A DNA stretch of 64,000 nucleotides from Albidovulum sp. (GCF_049646345.1 NZ_JBARVQ010000284.1:13576-77575); one strand, 5' to 3'; numbered from the stretch's first letter, positions 42,226 to 51,134 are shown. The notes: generated from the sequence alone by a model not told the origin. A program made the numbers and translations.

Positions 42226-43260
42226 TCAGTCGCGGTTGAGCGCCGAGGACCATTCCTCCAGAAACCCCCGCCGCTTGATCGCGTCGAGAAAGACAAGAAG
42301 GCCGGGGTCGAGCCGCATGGGCCTGAGATGCGGTCCGCTGGCGAGGGCTGTTTCGTCGATGGGCGGTAGCCCGGCCTTGTCGCGAAGCAGGCCACGGCCT
42401 TCTGCGCCAAGCAGAAAATCGAGAAATGCACCACCAAGAACCGGGTTTCGCGCATGTGTCGGCACCAGACCGGTGCGCAACAAAGTCAGCGTGTGATCCT
42501 CAAGTTCGATCACCGTCGCGTCCGCATCCCCGTTCAATCGCGGCCCCGCATAGGAGCCCAGCACATTATAGGCAATGACCAGCCGCCCTTGTTTCAGATC
42601 GGTAATCATCTCATTCGATGAGGTGTAAAGCCGGGGGGTCAGACCGCCCATCACCTCTGCCAGCCGCCAGAAACTGTCCGATTGCCGGGCATCCTGTGTC
42701 GCGAACAGATAGCCCGCGCCGGAAAGCTCCGGGTCATAGGTGCCGATCCGCCCCTCGAACCGGTCCGGATGGTCGCGCAACATTTCGATCAGGTCGCGGC
42801 GGGTCTGGGGCAGCGGCAGGTCGGCGAGCCCCCGGCGCGAGGCGATAAGCACGACGTTTTCCTGCGCAAAGGCGAAAAGCCGGTCCTGCCAATGCGCCCA
42901 GCCGGGCAGGACGGCGGTCGGGCCGGAGCGGTAGGCGGCGGCAAACCCGTCATTGGCCAGTTTCATCTGCAGGTCCATCGCCGATGAGATAACCAGATCG
43001 AATTCCAGGCCTTCACCGTTGATGGCGGCAAAGACCTCCTGCGAATTGGCGACCGTGTAGCGGATGATGACATCCGGATTGCGCGCCTGAAACGCCTCGA
43101 TCAGCGGCCGCATTACGGCGGTGTCGGTCGTCGACAGGATGGCCAGTTCCCGCACCCCTGCGCCGGTCGCGGGAAAGGTAACCTCTTCCTCGACCGTGAA
43201 CCCCGCCGCGATCCGGGCAAGACCAATGATCAGGCCAAGGGCAAGTAGAGCCGCGCGCAT
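42226..43260 (-). CDS. periplasmic solute-binding protein (family-1, Fe3+-type fold by appearance), with no cognate ABC permease or ATPase nearby
   Basis: 344 aa. Signal MRAALLALGLIIGLARIAAG. The ATG at 43260 lies 31 nt inside the 3' end of the upstream sensor-kinase gene. Confidence 0.65.
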   Translation of the reverse strand: MRAALLALGLIIGLARIAAGFTVEEEVTFPATGAGVRELAILSTTDTAVMRPLIEAFQARNPDVIIRYTVANSQEVFAAINGEGLEFDLVISSAMDLQMKLANDGFAAAYRSGPTAVLPGWAHWQDRLFAFAQENVVLIASRRGLADLPLPQTRRDLIEMLRDHPDRFEGRIGTYDPELSGAGYLFATQDARQSDSFWRLAEVMGGLTPRLYTSSNEMITDLKQGRLVIAYNVLGSYAGPRLNGDADATVIELEDHTLTLLRTGLVPTHARNPVLGGAFLDFLLGAEGRGLLRDKAGLPPIDETALASGPHLRPMRLDPGLLVFLDAIKRRGFLEEWSSALNRD

Positions 43261-44597
43261 GTGCCGCCTCCTTCCCGTTCGGTAATCTCGAACCGCCCGC
43301 CATGGGCAGCGGCCACCTCGGTGACGATGGTCAGGCCAAGGCCAGACCCGATCACGTCACCCGCATTTTCGCCTCGTGAGAAGCGTTTGGTCAGCCGCCC
43401 CTGCGCCTGCCCCGATAAGCCGCGCCCCCGGTCGGCGACCTCGATCCGGGCCGAGGCGCCATTGATCAGCGCCAGTTCGACCGTGGTTTCCGGCGGCGAA
43501 TACTTGATCGCATTGTCGATGAGGTTTCGCAAAGCCGCCTCGATCAAAGCCCGGTCGCCCTGAACCGTGATCGGTTCGGTTTTCACGGCGATGGTCAGGT
43601 CCTTCAGGTCCGCCGTTGGCCCGAATGCTTCGGCCTGTGCGATCACCAGTTTCGCAAGATCCACCGGCTCATCCGCCAGCCGGTCGGACCGGGCGACGAC
43701 GGTGGCATGGTCCAGAAGCTGCCCGGCAGAGCGGCTGCTTTCCTCGACCGCACGGATCACGGCGCGCAGGGTTTCGCGCATCTCCTCGGATTTGCTTTGC
43801 CGCATGGCGATCTCGGCCCGCGCCCGCACGGTGGCCAGCGGTGTGCGGATATGATGCGCGGCCTCGCCGATGAAGGTCTCGGTCCGCGAAATCGCGCCCC
43901 TTAGCCGTGCAATGAAGCCGTTCAGCGCCGTGATCAGCGGCCTCAGTTCCACCGGCGTCGGGTGATCCACAGCGCGCAGATCCTGCGGCCCGCGCCGCCC
44001 GACCGCATCGGCCAGCCGGTTGATCGGGCGGATCACGCCACCGGCAGTCAGCAGCGACAAGGCAGCCGCAAAGGCGAAGGAACCAAGCCCGATCACCGCC
44101 GCGCGCTGGGCGACGCGCTGGGCAATCGCCTCTTGCCCCTGCCGTGTCTGGGCGACCATCACCAGAACTGGCACCGGCTTGCGCGCCACCAGAACCATGC
44201 GGGCCACGGCGGCAATGCGCACTTCGGTGTCGCGATAGGCGGAGGTATAGAAAACCGGCGTTACGGCAGCCCCGGCTTCGGGCGGTAAAGGCAGATCGGC
44301 ATAACCTGTCAGTGTCTCGCCCCCGGCGTCGATCCGATAAAAGACCCGGTCGGCGCTGATCGAACCCAGGATCGAAAACGCCTCATAGGGCAGATCGACG
44401 CTGACGCCCTCATCCCCGCCCTGCAGGCTTTCGGCAATGGCGAGCGTCGCCGCCCCCAAGACCCCGTCCTGTGTCGCCTCGGCTGCCTGATCGGCGACGG
44501 TGCGGACGGTGAAATAAAGCACGATGGCCAGAACCGCAGCGATGCCCAGCAGCATCAGAACCAGCCGGAGCCGGAGCGATATCGGCCTGCGGATCAT
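43230..44597 (-). CDS. tctE: two-component sensor histidine kinase (TctE-like, 2CSK_N-type periplasmic domain)
   Basis: ORF 43230..44738. Start MIRRPISLRLRLV overlaps the tctD stop (ATGA). H-box EAAHHIRTPL, N-box LIDNAIKY and G-box GSGLGL. Confidence 0.8.
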   Translation of the reverse strand: MIRRPISLRLRLVLMLLGIAAVLAIVLYFTVRTVADQAAEATQDGVLGAATLAIAESLQGGDEGVSVDLPYEAFSILGSISADRVFYRIDAGGETLTGYADLPLPPEAGAAVTPVFYTSAYRDTEVRIAAVARMVLVARKPVPVLVMVAQTRQGQEAIAQRVAQRAAVIGLGSFAFAAALSLLTAGGVIRPINRLADAVGRRGPQDLRAVDHPTPVELRPLITALNGFIARLRGAISRTETFIGEAAHHIRTPLATVRARAEIAMRQSKSEEMRETLRAVIRAVEESSRSAGQLLDHATVVARSDRLADEPVDLAKLVIAQAEAFGPTADLKDLTIAVKTEPITVQGDRALIEAALRNLIDNAIKYSPPETTVELALINGASARIEVADRGRGLSGQAQGRLTKRFSRGENAGDVIGSGLGLTIVTEVAAAHGGRFEITEREGGGTCARLYLPLA

Positions 44598-45262
44598 CCG
44601 GCGGTCAGCCGGTAGCCGAGGCCGCGCACCGTCTCGATCCTGGCGCCCGACCCTTCCAGCTTCTTGCGCAGACGGGCGACATAGACCTCGATCGCATTGT
44701 CGGTGACGCTTTCGGCATAGGAAAAGAGGCGGTCGCAAATCTGTGCCTTGGAAAAGATGCGTTCCGGCGCGGCCAGAAGGATTTCCAGAAGCCGCAATTC
44801 GCGATTGCGCAACTCGCGCATCTCACCGCCGACCGAGACGCTGGCATTCAGCGGGTTGAAGGTCATGCCCGCGAAATGCTGCACCGTTTGCAGCGCATTC
44901 CCGCGCCGCCGCAATACGGCACGACAGCGCGCCTCCAGTTCCGCGAAATCGAAGGGCTTGGTCACGTAGTCATCCGCACCAAGGTCCAGCACATCGACCC
45001 GGTCCGACACTTCGGCGCGCGCGGTCATCACGATGATCGGCGTATCGCGCCCGCTGCGGCGTTCGCGGCCAAGAAAGTCGCGCCCGTCGCCATCGGGCAG
45101 CGAGATGTCCAGCAGGATCAGATCATATTGCGCGGCCCCTAGGCAATCCTCGGCCTCGCCCAGCGATCCGGCCGGATCGACGGCATGGCCATCCAGCCGC
45201 AGCCGGTCGGCCACCGACTGGGCCAGATCGGGATTGTCCTCGACCAGAAGAAACCGCACCAC
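44594..45262 (-). CDS. tctD: OmpR-family response regulator (TctD-like)
   Basis: Receiver domain (LLVEDNPDL, DLILLDISLPDGDG) plus a winged-helix C-terminus (RGLGYRL). Divergent from tctCBA. Confidence 0.85.
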   Translation of the reverse strand: MVRFLLVEDNPDLAQSVADRLRLDGHAVDPAGSLGEAEDCLGAAQYDLILLDISLPDGDGRDFLGRERRSGRDTPIIVMTARAEVSDRVDVLDLGADDYVTKPFDFAELEARCRAVLRRRGNALQTVQHFAGMTFNPLNASVSVGGEMRELRNRELRLLEILLAAPERIFSKAQICDRLFSYAESVTDNAIEVYVARLRKKLEGSGARIETVRGLGYRLTAG

Positions 45263-45382
45263 ATTCTCCCCGGATGACAGGTTGCTGTCAGCTTCCCGGC
45301 GAATCGTGGGTTTTGCAAGGGGATGGGTGCAGCGGATCTTTCAGCGTGCCCGCCCGGCAGAAAAAACGTCTGGGAGGACAGA

Positions 45383-46351
45383 ATGAAATTCACCACATTG
45401 AAGGCGCTGGGCACCAGCGCTGCGATCAGCCTCATGGCCGCCTCTTCGGTCTGGGGCGCGGAATGCATTGCGCCCGCTAATCCCGGCGGCGGCTGGGACT
45501 TCACCTGCCGCCAGATCGGCAAGATCCTTTACGATATCGGTCAGGTCGATGCGCCGGTTCAGGTCACCAACATGGCAGGTGCCGGTGGCGGTCTGGCCTA
45601 TTCCACGGTCGTCGCCGAGCGCAACACCGACCCCGAACTGATCGTCGCGGCCTCTTCCGCCACAACCACCCGGCTTGCACAAAAGGCCTATGGCGACGCG
45701 ACCGCCGATCAAGTCCGCTTCGTTGGCGCCATCGGCGCCGATCCCGGTGTCATTGTTGTTGCCGCTGATAGCCCGTTCCAGAACCTCAGCGATATGGTCG
45801 AGGCGATCAAGGCTGACCCGGCTTCGGTTGCTTTCGCAGGCGGGTCCGCGGCGGGTGGTTTTGACCATATGAAGCCTTTGCAGGTGCTGAAGGCCGGTGG
45901 TTTCAGCGACATCACCTCGGTCAAATATATCGGTGTCGATGGTGGTGCGGATGCGATCACCCAGACGGTGGGTGGTTTCACGCAAGCGATGACCGGCGAC
46001 ATGTCGGAAATCGTCGGCTTCCTGAAATCGGGTGAGGTGCGGGCCCTGGCTGTCCTGACCGAAGAACGCGTGCCGGGGTTCGAGGATATCCCGACCGCCA
46101 AGGAACAGGGCTTTGACGTCGTCGCCGTGAACTGGCGCGGGCTTTACGTGCCGGGCGGCATCTCGGACGAGGACTTCCAGAAATGGGCGGACCGGTTGCA
46201 GGCCGTGGCCGACAGTGCCGAATGGAAGCAGGCCATGACCGATAACGGCCTTGCCCCCTTCACCAAGGTTGGCGGTGATTTCCAGTCCTGGATCGACGGC
46301 GTCGTCGCCCAGACCGAGGAACTCAGCCGCGAAATCGGTGTGATCCAGTGA
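45383..46351 (+). CDS. tctC: tripartite tricarboxylate transporter substrate-binding protein TctC
   Basis: Start MKFTTLKALGTSAAISLMAASSVWG after a GGGAGG RBS. ECIAPANPGGGWDFTCR is a Bug/TctC family motif. Confidence 0.9.
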   Translation: MKFTTLKALGTSAAISLMAASSVWGAECIAPANPGGGWDFTCRQIGKILYDIGQVDAPVQVTNMAGAGGGLAYSTVVAERNTDPELIVAASSATTTRLAQKAYGDATADQVRFVGAIGADPGVIVVAADSPFQNLSDMVEAIKADPASVAFAGGSAAGGFDHMKPLQVLKAGGFSDITSVKYIGVDGGADAITQTVGGFTQAMTGDMSEIVGFLKSGEVRALAVLTEERVPGFEDIPTAKEQGFDVVAVNWRGLYVPGGISDEDFQKWADRLQAVADSAEWKQAMTDNGLAPFTKVGGDFQSWIDGVVAQTEELSREIGVIQ

Positions 46352-46791
46352 TCCGCACCGACCGTGTCTTCGGGCTGGTCGTGATCTTTGTGGCGCTCAC
46401 GTATATCGTGAGCGCCTACAACCTGCCGCCCGGCAACCTTTTCGACAAGTTGGGACCCAAGGCCTTTCCGACGATGATCGGCATCGGCATGATCATCTGC
46501 GCCACCGTTCTGGTCCTGCGCCCGGATGGGGAACCCGAATGGCCCGCCCGCCCGACGCTGCTGGCGTTGGCCTTCGCGACGGTCGTGCTTGTGGCCTATG
46601 CCTATGCGTTGAAGCCGATGGGCTTTCTGGTGCCGACTGCCATCGCTGCGGGTGTTCTCAGCTATCAGATCACGCCACACCGCAGGGCCGCCGTTCTGGT
46701 CGGTATCGGCCTTTCGATCGGGCTTTTTGTGATCTTCAAATACGCACTCGGCCTCTCGCTCTTCGCGTTTCCCCGGTCGCTTACGGTCTGA
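46348..46791 (+). CDS. tctB: tripartite tricarboxylate transporter small membrane subunit TctB
   Basis: 147 aa, 4 TM. 4-nt overlap with tctC. Lies between tctC and tctA. Confidence 0.8.
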   Translation: MIRTDRVFGLVVIFVALTYIVSAYNLPPGNLFDKLGPKAFPTMIGIGMIICATVLVLRPDGEPEWPARPTLLALAFATVVLVAYAYALKPMGFLVPTAIAAGVLSYQITPHRRAAVLVGIGLSIGLFVIFKYALGLSLFAFPRSLTV

Positions 46792-46803
46792 CAGGAGCCT
46801 TAC

Positions 46804-48324
46804 ATGGATATCTTCGACAATCTTGCGCTCGTGTTCTCCGTCGCGCTGTCGCCCTGGACGCTGATGCTGGCTGTTATCGGCTGCTTTCTGGGCACGATCA
46901 TCGGCGCGCTGCCGGGGCTGGGCCCCTCAAACGGGGTCGCGATCCTGATCCCGATCACCTTTACTTTGGGGCTTGATGCGACTGCCGCGCTGGTGCTGCT
47001 GACCTCGGTCTATTACGGCGCGATGTATGGCGGGCGGATTTCGTCGATCCTTCTGAACATTCCCGGTGACGAACCGGCGATGATGACGACGCTTGACGGT
47101 TATCCCATGGCAAAACAGGGCCGCGCGGGCGAGGCGTTGGTGATCTCGGGCGTTGCCTCGTTTGTCGGTGCATTCCTTGCGACGATCGCACTGGCGCTGG
47201 TGGCACCCTACCTTGCGCGGATCGCCTACAAGTTCGGCCCGGCGGAGTATTTCGCGCTTTACGTTCTGGCCTTCGCAACGCTTGGAGGCATGGCCTCCCG
47301 CAATCAGGCCAAGGCAGCACTCGCCGCGCTGATCGGCCTCGCCATCGCCACCATCGGCCTTGACAACAATTCCGGTTTCAACCGCTTCACCGGTGGCAAC
47401 CTGCATCTCAGCGACGGGATCGACTTCCTTGTTGCCATTGTCGGCCTATTCGCCGTGGCCGAGGTTTTTTTCTTCATCGAAACCCATGGCCGCGACAGCG
47501 CGGTCGGGGTGAAGCTGGAGCGTGTCATCGTGCCCTGGGCCGAGATGTGGTCGACCCGCTGGACCATGCTGCGCTCTTCCGCCGTGGGCTTCATCGCTGG
47601 CGTGCTGCCCGGGGCGGGCGCTTCGCTCGGGTCCTTCCTGACCTATATGATGGAAAAGGGCATCGCCGGTGAAAAGGGCGGTTTCGGCACTGGTGTTGCC
47701 AAGGGCGTCGCCGCACCCGAGGCCGGGAACAACGCCGCCGCCGGTGGCGCGCTGGTGCCGATGCTGACGCTCGGCGTGCCGGGGTCGGGCACCACGGCAG
47801 TGCTGCTTGCTGTGCTGATGACGCTCAACATCACCCCCGGCCCGACGCTGTTCGCTGACCGGCCCGAGGTGGTCTGGGGCCTGATCGCTTCGCTGCTGAT
47901 CGCGAATTTCGTACTACTGCTGATGAACGTGCCCATGGTCCGGGTCTTCGTGAAGGTGCTGATGGTGCCGCCCGCTGTCCTGTTGCCTGGCGTCACGATG
48001 ATCTCCTTCGTCGGCATCTACTCGCTTTCGGGCAGCTATTTCGATCTCGTCCTGATGATCCTATTCGGGGTCATGGGCTATGCGTTCCGCAAGATGGATA
48101 TCCCCACGGTGCCGGTCATCCTCGGCATCCTTCTGGGCTACCAGATGGAGAACAACCTGCGCCATGCGATGACCCTTTCGGGCGGCGAATGGACCTATCT
48201 TTTCTCCTCGCCCATCGCCATCGGCCTCTGGATCTTCGCCGTCGCCGGGTTTGTCGCGCCGATCTTCCTGCGGGGAATGCTGCGCCGCCCGCAGGTGGCC
48301 GAGGCCGACAAGGTAACCGACTGA
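46804..48324 (+). CDS. tctA: tripartite tricarboxylate transporter large permease TctA
   Basis: 506 aa polytopic. GALPGLGPSNGVAILIP and TTLDGYPMAKQG motifs. Confidence 0.9.
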   Translation: MDIFDNLALVFSVALSPWTLMLAVIGCFLGTIIGALPGLGPSNGVAILIPITFTLGLDATAALVLLTSVYYGAMYGGRISSILLNIPGDEPAMMTTLDGYPMAKQGRAGEALVISGVASFVGAFLATIALALVAPYLARIAYKFGPAEYFALYVLAFATLGGMASRNQAKAALAALIGLAIATIGLDNNSGFNRFTGGNLHLSDGIDFLVAIVGLFAVAEVFFFIETHGRDSAVGVKLERVIVPWAEMWSTRWTMLRSSAVGFIAGVLPGAGASLGSFLTYMMEKGIAGEKGGFGTGVAKGVAAPEAGNNAAAGGALVPMLTLGVPGSGTTAVLLAVLMTLNITPGPTLFADRPEVVWGLIASLLIANFVLLLMNVPMVRVFVKVLMVPPAVLLPGVTMISFVGIYSLSGSYFDLVLMILFGVMGYAFRKMDIPTVPVILGILLGYQMENNLRHAMTLSGGEWTYLFSSPIAIGLWIFAVAGFVAPIFLRGMLRRPQVAEADKVTD

Positions 48325-49691
48325 TGGCCCGCCGCACCCGTGTCCTGATCCCGACCGGGGCGCTGGGCCTTGCCTATGACCGGGATGCGCTGGCGCGCGG
48401 CGTGGCGGCCGGGCCCGACATCATCGCCGTCGATGGCGGATCGACCGATAGCGGCCCCGCCTATCTCGGGCGGGGCGTGTCGAAATATTCGCGGGCGACG
48501 ACCAAGGCCGAATGGCGCGACCTGATGCTTGCACGGGAAAAGGCGGGCGTGCCTTTGGTCATCGGTACGGCGGGCACCTGCGGGGCGGATACAACGGTTG
48601 ACTGGCTTTACGACATCACCTGCGAACTGGCGCAGGAGCTGAGCCAGAAACTGACCGTAACCAGACTCTATTCCAGCCAAAATCCTCATGATATCGCAAG
48701 GGCACTGGCCGCAGGCCGGATCGCCGCCCTGCCCGCCGCACCGGACATTGACGCGGCGCTCATCCGCACCTGCACCAATATCGTTGCCCTCGCCGGGGCC
48801 GAACAGATCGCCGCCGCCCTGAACACCGGCGCAGATATCGTCATTGCGGGCCGCACCACCGATACGGCCATCATCGCCGCCCTGCCGATCCTGCGGGGCG
48901 CAGATCCCGGCGGTGCCTGGCACGGCGCCAAGATCGGCGAATGTGGCGCGCTGGCGACGACGAACCCGGCTACGGGCGTGATCCTGATCGACTTCGACGC
49001 GGCGGGGTTCACGATGGAGCCGCTGGCCCCATCCGCCCGCGCCACGCCCTACACCGTGTCCGCCCACATGCTTTATGAGAACACCGACCCGTTCCTGTTG
49101 CATGAACCGGGCGGCGTGCTGGACGTCACGCACGCGACCTACACCGCGCTTTATGACCGCAAGGTTCGCGTCGAAGGGTCCGTCTGGCGCCCCGGCCCCT
49201 ATACGGTGAAACTCGAAGGCGCACGCATTGGCGGCTACCAGACGGTCAGTCTTACACTGCTGCGTGACCGCCACTACGTCGCCAATGCGCGCGGCTGGGC
49301 GGCCGGGGTTGCGGCGAAGGCACGGAGCGATGTCGCCGCTCGGATGAGCCTCGGCGAAGGCCAGTTCGATATCGAGATGCGCCTCATCGGCCTCGACGCC
49401 ACACTCGGGCCGCTTGAAAAGCCCGGACCTCTGCCAGCCGAAATCGGCGTCCTCACCATCGTCACCGCCCCGACCGAGGCGCAGGCGGCCGAGATCGGCA
49501 AGATGCTCAACCCCTACCTCTTGCACCACGCGCTGAGCGAAGATGAACCCATGCCGACCTTCGCCTTTCCGTTCTCACCGGCTGAAACAAGCAGGGGTGC
49601 CCTATACGAGTTCTGCTTGCATCACGTCCTGTCCCTCGACGACCCGATGTCGGCTTTTCGGCTTGTCACGAATGAGGTCGGCCATGACTGA
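48324..49691 (+). CDS. AtuA-like protein, DUF1446 part (acyclic terpene utilisation family, function unknown)
   Basis: ORF 48189..49691. The ATG at 48324 shares one base with the tctA stop (TGATG) and gives MARRTRVLIPTGALGLAYD. 455 aa. The family assignment is from memory of DUF1446 sequences and needs an HMM check. Confidence 0.65.
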   Translation: MARRTRVLIPTGALGLAYDRDALARGVAAGPDIIAVDGGSTDSGPAYLGRGVSKYSRATTKAEWRDLMLAREKAGVPLVIGTAGTCGADTTVDWLYDITCELAQELSQKLTVTRLYSSQNPHDIARALAAGRIAALPAAPDIDAALIRTCTNIVALAGAEQIAAALNTGADIVIAGRTTDTAIIAALPILRGADPGGAWHGAKIGECGALATTNPATGVILIDFDAAGFTMEPLAPSARATPYTVSAHMLYENTDPFLLHEPGGVLDVTHATYTALYDRKVRVEGSVWRPGPYTVKLEGARIGGYQTVSLTLLRDRHYVANARGWAAGVAAKARSDVAARMSLGEGQFDIEMRLIGLDATLGPLEKPGPLPAEIGVLTIVTAPTEAQAAEIGKMLNPYLLHHALSEDEPMPTFAFPFSPAETSRGALYEFCLHHVLSLDDPMSAFRLVTNEVGHD

Positions 49692-49986
49692 GCTTGGTCA
49701 TATCGCACAGAAGGTGCGCTCAAAAAACGCGGGGCCGTTCTGGCTGACCATGGACATTTTCTGCTGGAATAGAGCCGATTTCGACCGGATATCAGCGGCT
49801 CTGGGAACGGATCAGGTTGCTGCCCTCTTTCGCATCGATTCCACCAACATCAAACGCTTCGACATCGCCGATCTGAACGTCGTGAAATTCTCGCTCCCCC
49901 GCCCGACCATACAGGGAACGCGCAGCGACCGCGACATGCATGGTGCCGCCTGGGCCGTCTTGCTGGAGGAAATGGAGATCGCCTGA
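49684..49986 (+). CDS. DUF4387 protein (corresponds to the C-terminal module of full-length AtuA)
   Basis: ORF 49543..49986. The ATG at 49684 overlaps the upstream stop by 8 nt (ATGACTGA). VRSKNAGPFWLTMDIFC motif. Confidence 0.65.
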   Translation: MTELGHIAQKVRSKNAGPFWLTMDIFCWNRADFDRISAALGTDQVAALFRIDSTNIKRFDIADLNVVKFSLPRPTIQGTRSDRDMHGAAWAVLLEEMEIA

Positions 49987-50028
49987 TCTTCCACTTGGTT
50001 CAAACATCCCGGGGGGTCAGAGAATGCA

Positions 50029-50556
50029 TTAATCGCCGAAAATCCGGGCGCGATGCTCGGCCAGATAGATGCGCAGCCAGGGGGTGAATCGTTCAGGCTC
50101 TGCCGCGACTTCGGCCAGAAGGTCGGTGAGCGCCACCCAGCGCACCTCCATCACCTCATCGGGATTCGGTGTCACGACCAGCCCCTCGGGCGCGTGGGCC
50201 GTAAAGATATCGACGACCTCGTGCTCGACCATGCCGCCACCGACATCGGCGCGGTATTCGACCTGATCGGCGAAGACTGGGTCAACGCCCTGGATGCCCA
50301 GTTCCTCGGCCAGACGCCGCCGGGCGCAGAGTTCGGCCGTCTCGTCCCAATGCGGATGTGTGCAGCAGGTATTCGCCCAAAGCCCCGGTGTATGGTACTT
50401 GCCCATCGCCCGGCGCTGGATCAGCACGCGGTCGCCGTCCATCAGGAAAACCGACACAGCCTTGTGGCGCAGACCTTCCAGATGCGCGCCGATCTTGTCG
50501 AAGGGCGCAAGACGCCCCTCGACCCAGGCCGGGATCAGATCGGCCGTCGCTGTCAC
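50029..50556 (-). CDS. idi: isopentenyl-diphosphate delta-isomerase, type 1 (Nudix)
   Basis: ORF 50029..50718. LRHKAVSVF, NTCCTHPHW and EVVDIF Idi motifs. The GTG at 50556 overlaps the secB stop (GTGA) and gives about 175 aa, the usual length. Confidence 0.8.
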   Translation of the reverse strand: MTATADLIPAWVEGRLAPFDKIGAHLEGLRHKAVSVFLMDGDRVLIQRRAMGKYHTPGLWANTCCTHPHWDETAELCARRRLAEELGIQGVDPVFADQVEYRADVGGGMVEHEVVDIFTAHAPEGLVVTPNPDEVMEVRWVALTDLLAEVAAEPERFTPWLRIYLAEHRARIFGD

Positions 50557-51077
50557 GAGGGTTGTTCGGCCGGTTGCTGGGCTGCCGCGCGGCGGGCGAG
50601 TTCCTGCCGGTAGAGCGCCAGAAAATCGACGGTGTCGATGTTCAGCGGTGCAAACCCGCCATCGCGCGTCACGTCCGAGATGACGCGACGGATGAACGGA
50701 AAGACCATGCGCGGGCATTCGATCAGCAGGAACGGATGCATCTGCTCTTCCGGGACGCCTTCGACATGGAAGATCGCGCCATAGTCGAGTTCCAGCAGGA
50801 AGAGCGGCGATTTGTCGGCCTTGTTGGTCGAGGTGACCTTGAACTTCGACACGACCTCATACTGATGCTCAACCGCGCGCTTGCGGGCATCAAGGCTGAC
50901 CTGAACCTGAATATCGGGCTGGATATCGGCGCTGGACGCGCCTTTCTGGGCCAGAATGTTTTCGAAGGACATGTCGCGGACGAACTGTCCCAACACGTTC
51001 ATCTTCACCTGAGGTGCCTCGGCAGCCCCTGTCGCCTGCGGCTCTTGCGGTGCCGCGCCGTTGCCGTTTTCGGCCAT
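50553..51077 (-). CDS. secB: protein-export chaperone SecB
   Basis: Start MAENGNG after a GGGAGAG RBS. LGQFVRDMSFEN, CPRMVFPFIRRVISDVTRDGGFAPL. Confidence 0.9.
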   Translation of the reverse strand: MAENGNGAAPQEPQATGAAEAPQVKMNVLGQFVRDMSFENILAQKGASSADIQPDIQVQVSLDARKRAVEHQYEVVSKFKVTSTNKADKSPLFLLELDYGAIFHVEGVPEEQMHPFLLIECPRMVFPFIRRVISDVTRDGGFAPLNIDTVDFLALYRQELARRAAAQQPAEQPS

Positions 51078-51134
51078 TTCGTCTCTCCCAAGGAAATCAA
51101 GTCGGCGCGGGTTTAGCACCTTGGAAGGGCAGGC

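Noticed and set aside
50557-50718. ATG-initiated N-terminal extension of idi
   Set aside because: It would overlap 160 nt of secB in another frame, and the extension is Arg/Pro-rich nonsense. The GTG at 50556 gives the canonical Idi length.
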